DNA of 64,000 nt from a virus. Under the pieces are notes generated by a model that was given only the letters and a program-made list of their open reading frames with translations, did no database searches and had not been told where the DNA came from. The stretch's first letter is position 1. Each line of letters starts with the position of its first letter. A program made the translations under genes and the position numbers. Of the stretch, positions 41,405 to 49,977 are shown in pieces. The stretch lies in IMG/VR virus record IMGVR_UViG_3300045988_174937. One strand, 5' to 3'.

Positions 41405-43159
41405 ATGGTAGAACAATTTGAAAAAGCGAAGCACAACGTCGGCGACCACCACCCTACCCAGCCGTGGGTGTGGACGGAATACAAGCCTGGCAAATTCGAT
41501 TGGCGTCACGAGAAAAAGAACGCTAAACCCAAGCCCAGCGCCGATACTGGCAAAGAGTCGGGTAATTCGGGTCCTGTGACGAGTCTTGAAGCGTGGGCCA
41601 AGAAGACCAGCGACGATAACCTTTTGAAGGTTGTTAACAACCCTAAAGGCAGCGCCCAGTTGCGGCATATTGCCTACAACGAGTTGAAATCTCGTAACGC
41701 CGATATGTCGCAGGTGGACACCAGCGGAACGCTGTCCACGTTGCTGAAGATGACTACTCAACAGGACCCTGTTGCGCCTACCACCACCGGAGCCAAGGTG
41801 GACATCAACGACGGCGAGGGCGGTAACGACGATGGCGAAATCGTCGAAGACTGGTTCCTCAACCCTGAGGACCCGCGCATTCAGAAAAAGTTCAACAAAC
41901 TCCAGAGCCGTCAAGACCGTATCGCTTACGACCGCTTCGTCTATGCGATGAAGAAAAAGGACCCCGATTACGAACCGCCCGTTGAGGTCATGTACGACCT
42001 GAACCGCCAGTATCTGGAGTTCCTCGATAACAAGGAGCAGCGGTTCATGATATCGGCTGGCGGTGCAGGTATCGGTAAATCTTACGGTTTCAAGAAGATT
42101 GCCGAACTGCTCAACAAGCGTCCGTTCGACGCTGAAACCGACTCTCCGGGTGACGGCGACTATGACTACGTTGAACTCGGCGATATCAACTCCAAGAAGC
42201 AACTGCTGGGCGTACTGAAAGCCCACAACGGTAAGATTCTTCTGTTCGACGATACCGATTCCGTTATCACCCGCACCGACCTGGCTTCTATCATGAAGAA
42301 AGCCACCGCCGCTTCAGGTAAGCGCGTGGTCGGCGACCCGGAGGACGTCAAGTCGAATTTCGTATTCACGGGCCGTATCATTATCATGACCAACAAGGAC
42401 CTCGTGAATCTTTCGAAGAACGAGGACACTAAGGCCATCATTTCGCGTGCTACGCTGACGTCGGAGGTATATCTTACCGTCGATGAAACTATCGAGGTTC
42501 TGAAGGACCGCTACGAGGAAATGGACATCCCCCAGCAGCCGCACCTCGAAGACCCCGAAGAGGACAAGAAGGAGCGCAAGGAGCTGTACGACCTTATCGT
42601 CAAGAATAAGAACAAAATCGACCCCGCTAAGTTTACCACCCGTACCTTTGGAACCATCCTGTCGGAGAAGCGTTCTACCGACCGTTCTAACAGGATGGCC
42701 AAGATAGGCGGTGAGTGGACCAACCTCATCGGCGATAAGCAAAAGGAGTGGGAGCGGGCCGCAGTACGTGCACTGACGAAAGGATTCGTGTACGAGGCCA
42801 TCCAGCCCGTCGAAACCTCCGACGAGATAGCCAAGGCTGAAGCGCTGCTCGACTCCGCAGAATCGCTCGAAAAGGCCGATTTTACCGAAAAGCAGCGTGA
42901 GCGTCTTGCCGACAAAAAGGAGGCTCTCCCTGACGGTTCGTTCCCGATTCGTAACAAGTCCGACCTGAAGAACGCCATCCGTCTGGCCGGCAACGCCAAG
43001 AATCCTGAACGCGCCCGGCGTTGGATTAAACGCCGCGCCAAATCGCTCGGTGCCGAGGATATGATTCCCGATACGTGGAAAGCCCGTGCCACGGACCTCG
43101 GTGCATTACCCGCCGACGATATGTCGATTGAAAAAGCAGAAACCCTTTTGTTCGGATAG
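41405..43159 (+). CDS. AAA+/P-loop ATPase domain protein in the virion module
   Basis: Walker A SAGGAGIGKSYG, Walker B KILLFDDTD, sensor-like IIIMTN. N-terminal HEAT-like LLKVVNNPKGSAQLRHIAYNELKSR. ATG at 41405 is preferred over TTG at 41369. Confidence 0.6.
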   Translation: MVEQFEKAKHNVGDHHPTQPWVWTEYKPGKFDWRHEKKNAKPKPSADTGKESGNSGPVTSLEAWAKKTSDDNLLKVVNNPKGSAQLRHIAYNELKSRNADMSQVDTSGTLSTLLKMTTQQDPVAPTTTGAKVDINDGEGGNDDGEIVEDWFLNPEDPRIQKKFNKLQSRQDRIAYDRFVYAMKKKDPDYEPPVEVMYDLNRQYLEFLDNKEQRFMISAGGAGIGKSYGFKKIAELLNKRPFDAETDSPGDGDYDYVELGDINSKKQLLGVLKAHNGKILLFDDTDSVITRTDLASIMKKATAASGKRVVGDPEDVKSNFVFTGRIIIMTNKDLVNLSKNEDTKAIISRATLTSEVYLTVDETIEVLKDRYEEMDIPQQPHLEDPEEDKKERKELYDLIVKNKNKIDPAKFTTRTFGTILSEKRSTDRSNRMAKIGGEWTNLIGDKQKEWERAAVRALTKGFVYEAIQPVETSDEIAKAEALLDSAESLEKADFTEKQRERLADKKEALPDGSFPIRNKSDLKNAIRLAGNAKNPERARRWIKRRAKSLGAEDMIPDTWKARATDLGALPADDMSIEKAETLLFG

Positions 43160-43162
43160 TTT

Positions 43163-45544
43163 ATGGACGAACTGAGAAAAGCGCTGGAAACTTTCGCCCT
43201 CCGTAATGCCGAGGGCGATGTTTCTGACGCCGTATTGGAGAAAGCCTGTGAAGCGTACAAGGCCCGTTCCGAGTTCGTCGATGACTACGAGTACAGCCTG
43301 TATGTAACCAAGTCGTTGTACGACCATCTCCACGGCGTTGAACAGGACCCGGATATCGTAAAGGCTATCATGCCTGGTCAGACTAAGGTAGTCAATGGCG
43401 TGGTGTACATTTGGACGCTTACACCAAACGCCAAAACTACCTACGACTGGCGTGTGTACAAGAATCCTCAAGGCATACCTGTTGGAAAAGGGGCTTTTCG
43501 TTCCAAAGTCATGTTGGCTCAACAGGAAAAGGAGGTGAATGAAATGTTCCCCGCCGACCCCTCGCAGCTGACCTTTGTACAGAAATTAGGCGGTTCCACG
43601 GGAGCCGTCCTGATGAAGGATGCCAAGGGCCGCGAATTTGTCGTCAAGAGTTCAAAGAACACCAATCGCGGTCACGTTGCGGCAGAGTACTACGCCGCGC
43701 AGGTGTACAGTCTCTTGGGGTTGGACACGCCGGACTATGAGTTGTATGACGACGGCACCGACCTGACGCTTATCTCGAATTACATGCGTGGTATGTCCGA
43801 ACCCCAGGTTAAGGACTATGACGCCATGGCTAAAGGTTTTGTTGTTGACGCCTTTCTGGCCAACTGGGATGTCTATCAGAACGACAACTGCCTGGTAGAT
43901 GCGGCAGGAAAGGTTTACCGCGTCGATAATGGCAGTGCGTTCAATTACCGGGCACAAGGAGCCAAAAAACCGTTCAACGACCAAATCGACTGGGACGGCA
44001 TGGTACGCTACAATCCCAGTATCATAGCCAACCTCAAGCCACAGGATTTTATTGACCAGATTGACGCGCTTAAAGCCCGTAAAGAAGAAATTCTGGCATT
44101 TTTCGACGCTGGAAGATTGGCGTCGAAGCCTAAGATGCGTGCCATAATCGAGGCCCGATTCAAGGACCTGGACCGCATCCGCGGGTACTACGAGGTTGAG
44201 TTGCGCCGCACCACGCGCCAAGTTAAACCTCGGACGCTGAAATCTCAAGCGGATATGTACCGCGAATTTACAGAGGACGAGGTGAACGATTTTTGGCAGA
44301 ATCAGGACGGTGGCGCCTACTATCGAAAATTACAAAGACACGGCGGAGATACCGGGTGGGAGTTGCTTTCCACCATTTGTGCCGCTCGTGGTTTTGATGC
44401 TCGCCCCGATGTCGTTGACGACGCTGCGTTCTGGGCCAAGGCGGCTTCGGCTAAGTATCATATGTTCCGCGGCGTTGCCCCGCGTGGAAGCGACAAAAAC
44501 TACTTTGCCGACGACTTCAAATACAACGACGCCTGCTATTATGGAACTGTTGGTATCTACGGCGAGGGAATTTATTTTCACGTCAACGACTCCAGCAACG
44601 CCGACCGCACTCCTTCGGGATACAAAAAGACTTCGGCATACCATAACGTACTCGGATACGCTGGCGCTGGCGCCGTTATTGAGGCGTGTCTCGAGGACGA
44701 CGCCAAGGTCATAACCGTCGCGGACGCCATGGAGGAGGTCAGGCAGTTGGCTGCTGGTAACTCAGCAGCACTGAAAGCCGCACAGGCCGAACTCGACAAC
44801 GCTAAGGCCGAATATGACCGTGTCAGCGACGAACTCGAAAACCTTACCGATAACACCAAGAAGCAGGTTAAGTCCAGTATGCACTGGGACGATGCTTCGT
44901 ATATCGACATTCCGTTGCAGATTGACCAAATAATCGACTGGGGTGCTATCGACGATGACGGCAACCCGGCGTACATGAAATTCGACGACTTCATGGACAA
45001 CCACCTCCGTGGCTGGGTCACCGCTAACGGCGGCACTATCACGGAAAAGGGTAACGGTACGGGCGATTACGTTATCAAGATGCCGAATACGGCGGAACGG
45101 TTCGTGTTCTCGCGCTATCGGTACGAGAACGACGCCATCAAGCGCAAGAACGGTTTCGCCCGCCCTTACAACTACCCCGTTCGCCAGTTCAAGGAATGGA
45201 TTATGCGCGAGCACTACGGTAAAATCGAGGACGCTGTGGAAGAAGCCGTTAACAACCTCGGCGACGAAATCAAGCGTCTTCAGGGAGAGCAGCGTAAAGC
45301 GTACACCGTTTATCAGGATAAGCGCGATGCGGTGAGCAAAATCAACGTAACCTCTGTTGGCGACCCTGATAAGGATATCTATGCCGCTATTTACAAAAGC
45401 GTTCATGAGGGCCACGATAAGGAACCGTTGGGAGTTTATGCCGCTTTGAAAGGATACGACGCTCTCATCCAACCCAACGGTAACTACTGTGGTAACTCCT
45501 TCATGATTGTGCTGAACCGCTCGAAAATCATTACTCGAAAATAG
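43163..45544 (+). CDS. Polyvalent protein: atypical protein-kinase-like domain + ADP-ribosyltransferase-like domain
   Basis: Kinase-like KLGGSTGAVLMKDAKGREFVVK ... DAFLANWDVYQNDNCLVD ... YRVDNGSAF (nt ~43565-44062). ART/PARP-like MFRGV ... GIYGEGIYFHV ... SAY ... GAVIEACL (nt ~44345-44722). Confidence 0.55.
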   Translation: MDELRKALETFALRNAEGDVSDAVLEKACEAYKARSEFVDDYEYSLYVTKSLYDHLHGVEQDPDIVKAIMPGQTKVVNGVVYIWTLTPNAKTTYDWRVYKNPQGIPVGKGAFRSKVMLAQQEKEVNEMFPADPSQLTFVQKLGGSTGAVLMKDAKGREFVVKSSKNTNRGHVAAEYYAAQVYSLLGLDTPDYELYDDGTDLTLISNYMRGMSEPQVKDYDAMAKGFVVDAFLANWDVYQNDNCLVDAAGKVYRVDNGSAFNYRAQGAKKPFNDQIDWDGMVRYNPSIIANLKPQDFIDQIDALKARKEEILAFFDAGRLASKPKMRAIIEARFKDLDRIRGYYEVELRRTTRQVKPRTLKSQADMYREFTEDEVNDFWQNQDGGAYYRKLQRHGGDTGWELLSTICAARGFDARPDVVDDAAFWAKAASAKYHMFRGVAPRGSDKNYFADDFKYNDACYYGTVGIYGEGIYFHVNDSSNADRTPSGYKKTSAYHNVLGYAGAGAVIEACLEDDAKVITVADAMEEVRQLAAGNSAALKAAQAELDNAKAEYDRVSDELENLTDNTKKQVKSSMHWDDASYIDIPLQIDQIIDWGAIDDDGNPAYMKFDDFMDNHLRGWVTANGGTITEKGNGTGDYVIKMPNTAERFVFSRYRYENDAIKRKNGFARPYNYPVRQFKEWIMREHYGKIEDAVEEAVNNLGDEIKRLQGEQRKAYTVYQDKRDAVSKINVTSVGDPDKDIYAAIYKSVHEGHDKEPLGVYAALKGYDALIQPNGNYCGNSFMIVLNRSKIITRK

Positions 45545-45545
45545 T

Positions 45546-45962
45546 ATGAAAAAGAAACCACAATACGGTATATCGCGCATGCGGACAACCTCGGTTGTTG
45601 GCGGTATGGCGTCGCCGTATGTAAATCTTAAACAACCCTCGGAGTTGATACCGTTCAAAGGCGATTTGCCGATGCTGAACGATATTGACGCCATAAAGTT
45701 TCGTGATACTATTCGCGAGACGCTATCGTTGGACGAGTTGAGTCCTCTGTTCCAGCGTGTGGCCATGGAGGGTCATCGTATCGCAATTATGGAGGACGGG
45801 TTCACGCGTTACCTCCGGAAGCAAGGTATTACGCCTGGCGAATTTGTAAAATTAAGCAACTCCGATAAATCGGATTACTTGCTGGATTGGATGAACATGA
45901 ACTCAATCAGTTTGGAATCGCTTAAAATTACAGTACACCATGGCGAACATTACGTACAATAA
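45546..45962 (+). CDS. Hypothetical protein
   Basis: 138-aa ORF. Confidence 0.6.
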   Translation: MKKKPQYGISRMRTTSVVGGMASPYVNLKQPSELIPFKGDLPMLNDIDAIKFRDTIRETLSLDELSPLFQRVAMEGHRIAIMEDGFTRYLRKQGITPGEFVKLSNSDKSDYLLDWMNMNSISLESLKITVHHGEHYVQ

Positions 45963-46464
45963 TCCTTCGGCATTCGCGATTAACGACACCGTGAAGGACC
46001 TTATCAGCCGCGTGGCTGACGCTACTAAAAACCCCGACGTCGTTATCACTTCGACGTTGCGTACTCCTGAAGCCCAGGCCAAGGCCATGGCCGATAACCT
46101 TTACGCCGGCAAGCGTATTCGTTACCGCGCTCCGGGTGCGGCCGTCACCAAGGTATTCGACGACAACTGCAAGAAAATGGCCCGTTCCGAGGTTGAGAAA
46201 CTGATGGTGGCTGAAATCGAACGTCAGGCCGCCATGGGTCAGCGCGTATCGCTTCATTGCACGACGGAAGAGTTGTATCGCCAGTGTAACATCATCGACC
46301 TGTCGATTGTGCGAATGAAGAATCCGCGTGACTTCACCAACGCGTTGGCCAACGAGGAAAAGTGCCGCAAGATTATCACGCCGCTGAGCGACGTAAAGTA
46401 CGCCAGCGCCAAGGTATCTGTAGACGCCAACGAACCCGCGTTGCACGTTGAAATTATGGCGTGA
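45940..46464 (+). CDS. Peptidase M15-like (VanY / L-Ala-D-Glu peptidase-type) cell-wall hydrolase, tentative
   Basis: ITSTLRTPEAQ, VSLHC...IIDLS and EPALHVEI fit the SxH..D...H zinc-ligand order of the M15 fold. Confidence 0.45.
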   Translation: MANITYNNPSAFAINDTVKDLISRVADATKNPDVVITSTLRTPEAQAKAMADNLYAGKRIRYRAPGAAVTKVFDDNCKKMARSEVEKLMVAEIERQAAMGQRVSLHCTTEELYRQCNIIDLSIVRMKNPRDFTNALANEEKCRKIITPLSDVKYASAKVSVDANEPALHVEIMA

Positions 46465-46500
46465 CAATTATAAGTTTGTAAATTTATAAATCATAACAAT

Positions 46501-48270
46501 ATGCCTACTTTTATTGACATGTCGAACCTGACGAAGCGTTCGACCCTTACCGGAAACGAGGAGTTTCAGGTATCTGCCACCGAAAAGGTGACGTCCCAGC
46601 AGATTGCTGACTTAGCAAGTAGTGGACTTAATGTTTATACTGTATCTGAAAGTGAATTTCAGAATCAAAAGATAGATGCTTCACGTGTAGAGGAACTTAA
46701 AAAGTCTGAATTAGTATTATTTCCTAACGAGGGAAGCTATACACCTTATTTTAAGGTTTCAGTAGATGACAGTAAAGCATATTTTATAACAGGAAATATA
46801 CCTATTAATTCACAAGGCCAACCTGGACTTAATAATGGAGAAGAGCCTCCTTTTGAGCAGATTCAAACTGTGATGGTTGAAGTTGACCTTACTACTTATG
46901 ATATAACAATACAGCCTTATCCTGTTATAAGTAAGAGTTGGTTTAAGGGAGATGTCTCAGTTATAGAAATTACAGACTTTGCCATTCCCTCAGTTAATAT
47001 TACTAAGGATGGTCAGAGTTTCTTATTCTATGCCAATGATGCCAGCAACATCCCTAATAACAATCATGGAGCTGCTTCATTTGTAGGTGTAGCCATTGCA
47101 AGTTCTATCTTCATAACCGGAGACCAAAGATTGCTGTATTATATGATGGTAGATACAGCAAAGGCTATGTTTTATACAGGGTATGCAAATCTGGAAGATG
47201 ATACTGTAACATGGAGTGATACTCCAGTTACTCGCTTAGGACAAGCCGTACAGGTTACTGCCTTTACTGAAGGCGCATTATCGGCATTGCTTTATAGCTA
47301 CAAACCGGGTGATTTTATACCGTTTTACACGGGTAACGTTACTGCTTCTACGGCTAATCAATTCCCTGAGTCAGGCATTTTCAATGGCTTTATCTCCATG
47401 GGTAGCAACGAAGGAGATTATTTCCAAATCTTTGCTTTCAAGACAGGTTCTCCCAATGCTTACATTGGAGCTTGTATTGGTAGTACCACAAGGTGGACCC
47501 AGATAGGAGGGGGCTCAAGTAATCTTATTGTCGTAGCAGATGCAGAAAATGTAGGAGAGGTAGTAGCTGCATACAAAGGATTTGAGGGTTCGAATAAATA
47601 TGGAGTATCAGTACCTATCTACATAGAAGCCACGTCCAATATTTATGATGAACTACCAGCTATAATGGATCAGAGCTTTACAAAAGATGAATCTACTATA
47701 TGCGGATATGCCCAATATGTCTACGACGGAGGAGATTATTATCACATAGGGTTAAGCCTGCTTATATATCCATCAAGTGGAGATCGTCCCAAATATAGAG
47801 CGGAGCTTGTTGTAAACAACAGCGGGGAAGTAGTTAGCAGTAGTCTTACCCCTATTGGCAGTGCACATGCTCCCATCCCGGGATTCACTAAAATTACTTC
47901 CTTGGCTGGTCAAACTGACTACTCCCTCACAAAAGGATCTATGGGCGTTATTAACTTTAGCATTGAGGTAAATGCGTTGACCACAATGTTTATAGAAGCA
48001 GAGGTCCGATCATCTGCTGCTATATCTGCTGATGTCAGATCTGTGTGTATCCCTGTCTCTTTCTTCAATCCTAAAGAAGGTGCCACACTCATGGATTTGA
48101 ATACTCGTACTTTAGCTTCTGGAACCAATATTGCTCAAGTTAAGCTAAATGTTGCTTCTGTTGTCACAGGAGCTAATGGTGTACAGGGATTAAATTGTGT
48201 AGTTACTTCGAACAATCTTGCAAATCCCTCTGATATTCTAAGAATAAAGGCTGTATATGCCAATATCTAA
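46501..48270 (+). CDS. Tail fibre / receptor-binding protein (mosaic)
   Basis: 589 aa. The first ~40 codons are at ~50% GC and the rest at ~30-35% GC. It has its own TAAGTTTG -7-like box (46471-46478) and a terminator. Confidence 0.5.
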   Translation: MPTFIDMSNLTKRSTLTGNEEFQVSATEKVTSQQIADLASSGLNVYTVSESEFQNQKIDASRVEELKKSELVLFPNEGSYTPYFKVSVDDSKAYFITGNIPINSQGQPGLNNGEEPPFEQIQTVMVEVDLTTYDITIQPYPVISKSWFKGDVSVIEITDFAIPSVNITKDGQSFLFYANDASNIPNNNHGAASFVGVAIASSIFITGDQRLLYYMMVDTAKAMFYTGYANLEDDTVTWSDTPVTRLGQAVQVTAFTEGALSALLYSYKPGDFIPFYTGNVTASTANQFPESGIFNGFISMGSNEGDYFQIFAFKTGSPNAYIGACIGSTTRWTQIGGGSSNLIVVADAENVGEVVAAYKGFEGSNKYGVSVPIYIEATSNIYDELPAIMDQSFTKDESTICGYAQYVYDGGDYYHIGLSLLIYPSSGDRPKYRAELVVNNSGEVVSSSLTPIGSAHAPIPGFTKITSLAGQTDYSLTKGSMGVINFSIEVNALTTMFIEAEVRSSAAISADVRSVCIPVSFFNPKEGATLMDLNTRTLASGTNIAQVKLNVASVVTGANGVQGLNCVVTSNNLANPSDILRIKAVYANI

Positions 48271-48271
48271 G

Positions 48272-48297
48272 AAAATCCCCCAGTTACGGGGATTTTG
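48272..48297 (+). terminator. Rho-independent terminator
   Basis: AAAATCCCC / GGGGATTTT stem with a 7-nt loop and a trailing T-run. Confidence 0.7.
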
Positions 48298-48377
48298 TTA
48301 ATGGGGCGCGTTTGGGCCCACGTCAACACGATTCGCCATTACAAATATAACGCTGATAACAGTACACTATCGTAAAC

Positions 48378-49937
48378 ATGTTTAAGGACGATAAATTCAA
48401 TTTCTGGTGTCCCATCGGACGCATCGAGAAGGCCACCGACGAAGCGGGAGAACCCGTTATGCGTATCGGCGGTATTGCCTCTACTATGGATAAGGACGCC
48501 GACGGAGAGTATTTGGACCCCTCGGGGTTTGACGTCGAGCCGCTGAAGAACTCCGGAATGGTCAACTGGCACCACCAGGCCAAGAACTCTCCAGCCGCTA
48601 TCATTGGCGAACCGTCGAAAGTAGAACTGCGACCCGAGGGTCTTTGGATAGAAAGCGACCTTTACGCTTCGTCCCCTATGGCCAACGAGGTCTATGAATT
48701 GGCCAAAACCCTCGAAGAGGACAGTAAGACGCGCCGCCTGGGGTATTCCATCGAGGGAAAGGTTCTGAAGCGTGGTTCTAACGACAAGAAATCGCCTCTT
48801 TACAACAAAATCGTCAAGGCTGTTATTACGGGTGTCGCCGTAACACACATGCCCAAAAACCCGCATACGTTCGTTAACATCATCAAAGGTCAGGTGGACG
48901 CTGACGGTATTGAGGTTGAATTGGAGGAAGAGGACGATAACACCGAAGAGCGTGGTGGTAAAACCGAGAAAAAGGCTCTGACTACAGAGTCTGGTGCGGC
49001 GTTGGTTCCGGAGTCAGTTGATGGCCAGCCGAAGAAAACGTTTTCCAAATCTTCCGTCATGGAAGCTATCTTCCGCGATATTCCAAATATTACAATACCG
49101 AATGCGCACGAAGTGTATACACTAATCAAAAATATATCGGTTATGAACAAACGCAAATCCATCACTTCCGAGGACATCGAGAAGGCATACGATGCTCTGG
49201 GGCTCACGCCCGAGGGTAAGGCTTCCGGTGCTGAAGACGTGCAGAAAGGTGACGACGCCGACGGTCAGATGGGTAAGGAAGACGAAACCCATGACGACGA
49301 ACCGCGTCACAATGCCGCCAACATGCGTAACGCTAAGGCTGGCGAGAAGGAGGAATCCGAAGAGGAGACCGAGGACGATGACGAGGGCTTCGAGCAGTGC
49401 GACAAGAACGGCGCCAAGATGAAAAAGGGTGGCAAGATGAAGAAAGGCGGCGATGTCGACCTCCTGAAAGCCATTCAGGACGTTGGTAACGATTTCAAGT
49501 CGTACATCAAAGCCACGGCCGTCTTGGTGAACGATCTTCGCCAGAAACGCGCTGAGGACGCTAAGCGTATCGCCGAACTGGAGAACATCATCAAGGGCCA
49601 GACCGATGTCATCGAGGGCTTCGCTACCAAACTGGAACGCTACGGCAGCGAGGTGCCGCGTCCGAAGTCGCTGCGCTCGGCTACGGTTATCGACCGTGCG
49701 TTTGCTAAGGGCGCCGGCAAGGGTGACATCGAAAAGGGCGGCGATACCGCTCGCATCTCGCTCCGCGAGAACCCCCGCGCCGTTGCTTCGTTGCTCGACC
49801 AGGCGTCGTTCGCTAAGGGCTACGACAAGGAGTACGGCGATGCACTTTTGGCGTTTGAGGCACGTCCCGGTGACGGTCTCCCCAAGAACATCATCGCTCG
49901 TCTCAAGGCCGAGACCGGGTACGAGGTAGTAGAGTAA
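48378..49937 (+). CDS. Prohead protease fused to a scaffold-like acidic/coiled-coil C-terminal region
   Basis: N-terminal ~170 aa resemble HK97-family prohead proteases (GIASTMDKDADGEYLDPSGF..NWHHQ..GYSIEGKV). Charged helical C-terminus. Lies directly upstream of the capsid gene. Confidence 0.55.
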   Translation: MFKDDKFNFWCPIGRIEKATDEAGEPVMRIGGIASTMDKDADGEYLDPSGFDVEPLKNSGMVNWHHQAKNSPAAIIGEPSKVELRPEGLWIESDLYASSPMANEVYELAKTLEEDSKTRRLGYSIEGKVLKRGSNDKKSPLYNKIVKAVITGVAVTHMPKNPHTFVNIIKGQVDADGIEVELEEEDDNTEERGGKTEKKALTTESGAALVPESVDGQPKKTFSKSSVMEAIFRDIPNITIPNAHEVYTLIKNISVMNKRKSITSEDIEKAYDALGLTPEGKASGAEDVQKGDDADGQMGKEDETHDDEPRHNAANMRNAKAGEKEESEEETEDDDEGFEQCDKNGAKMKKGGKMKKGGDVDLLKAIQDVGNDFKSYIKATAVLVNDLRQKRAEDAKRIAELENIIKGQTDVIEGFATKLERYGSEVPRPKSLRSATVIDRAFAKGAGKGDIEKGGDTARISLRENPRAVASLLDQASFAKGYDKEYGDALLAFEARPGDGLPKNIIARLKAETGYEVVE

Positions 49938-49977
49938 ACACCCAAACAATTTTCCATAACATAATCAATTCCAAACC

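Noticed and set aside
46501-48270. Diversity-generating retroelement targeting the tail fibre
   Set aside because: No reverse-transcriptase-like ORF is present, and I could not spot a template or variable repeat pair anywhere in the window by eye. The anomaly is compositional (a whole-domain swap), not localised adenine-specific variation.
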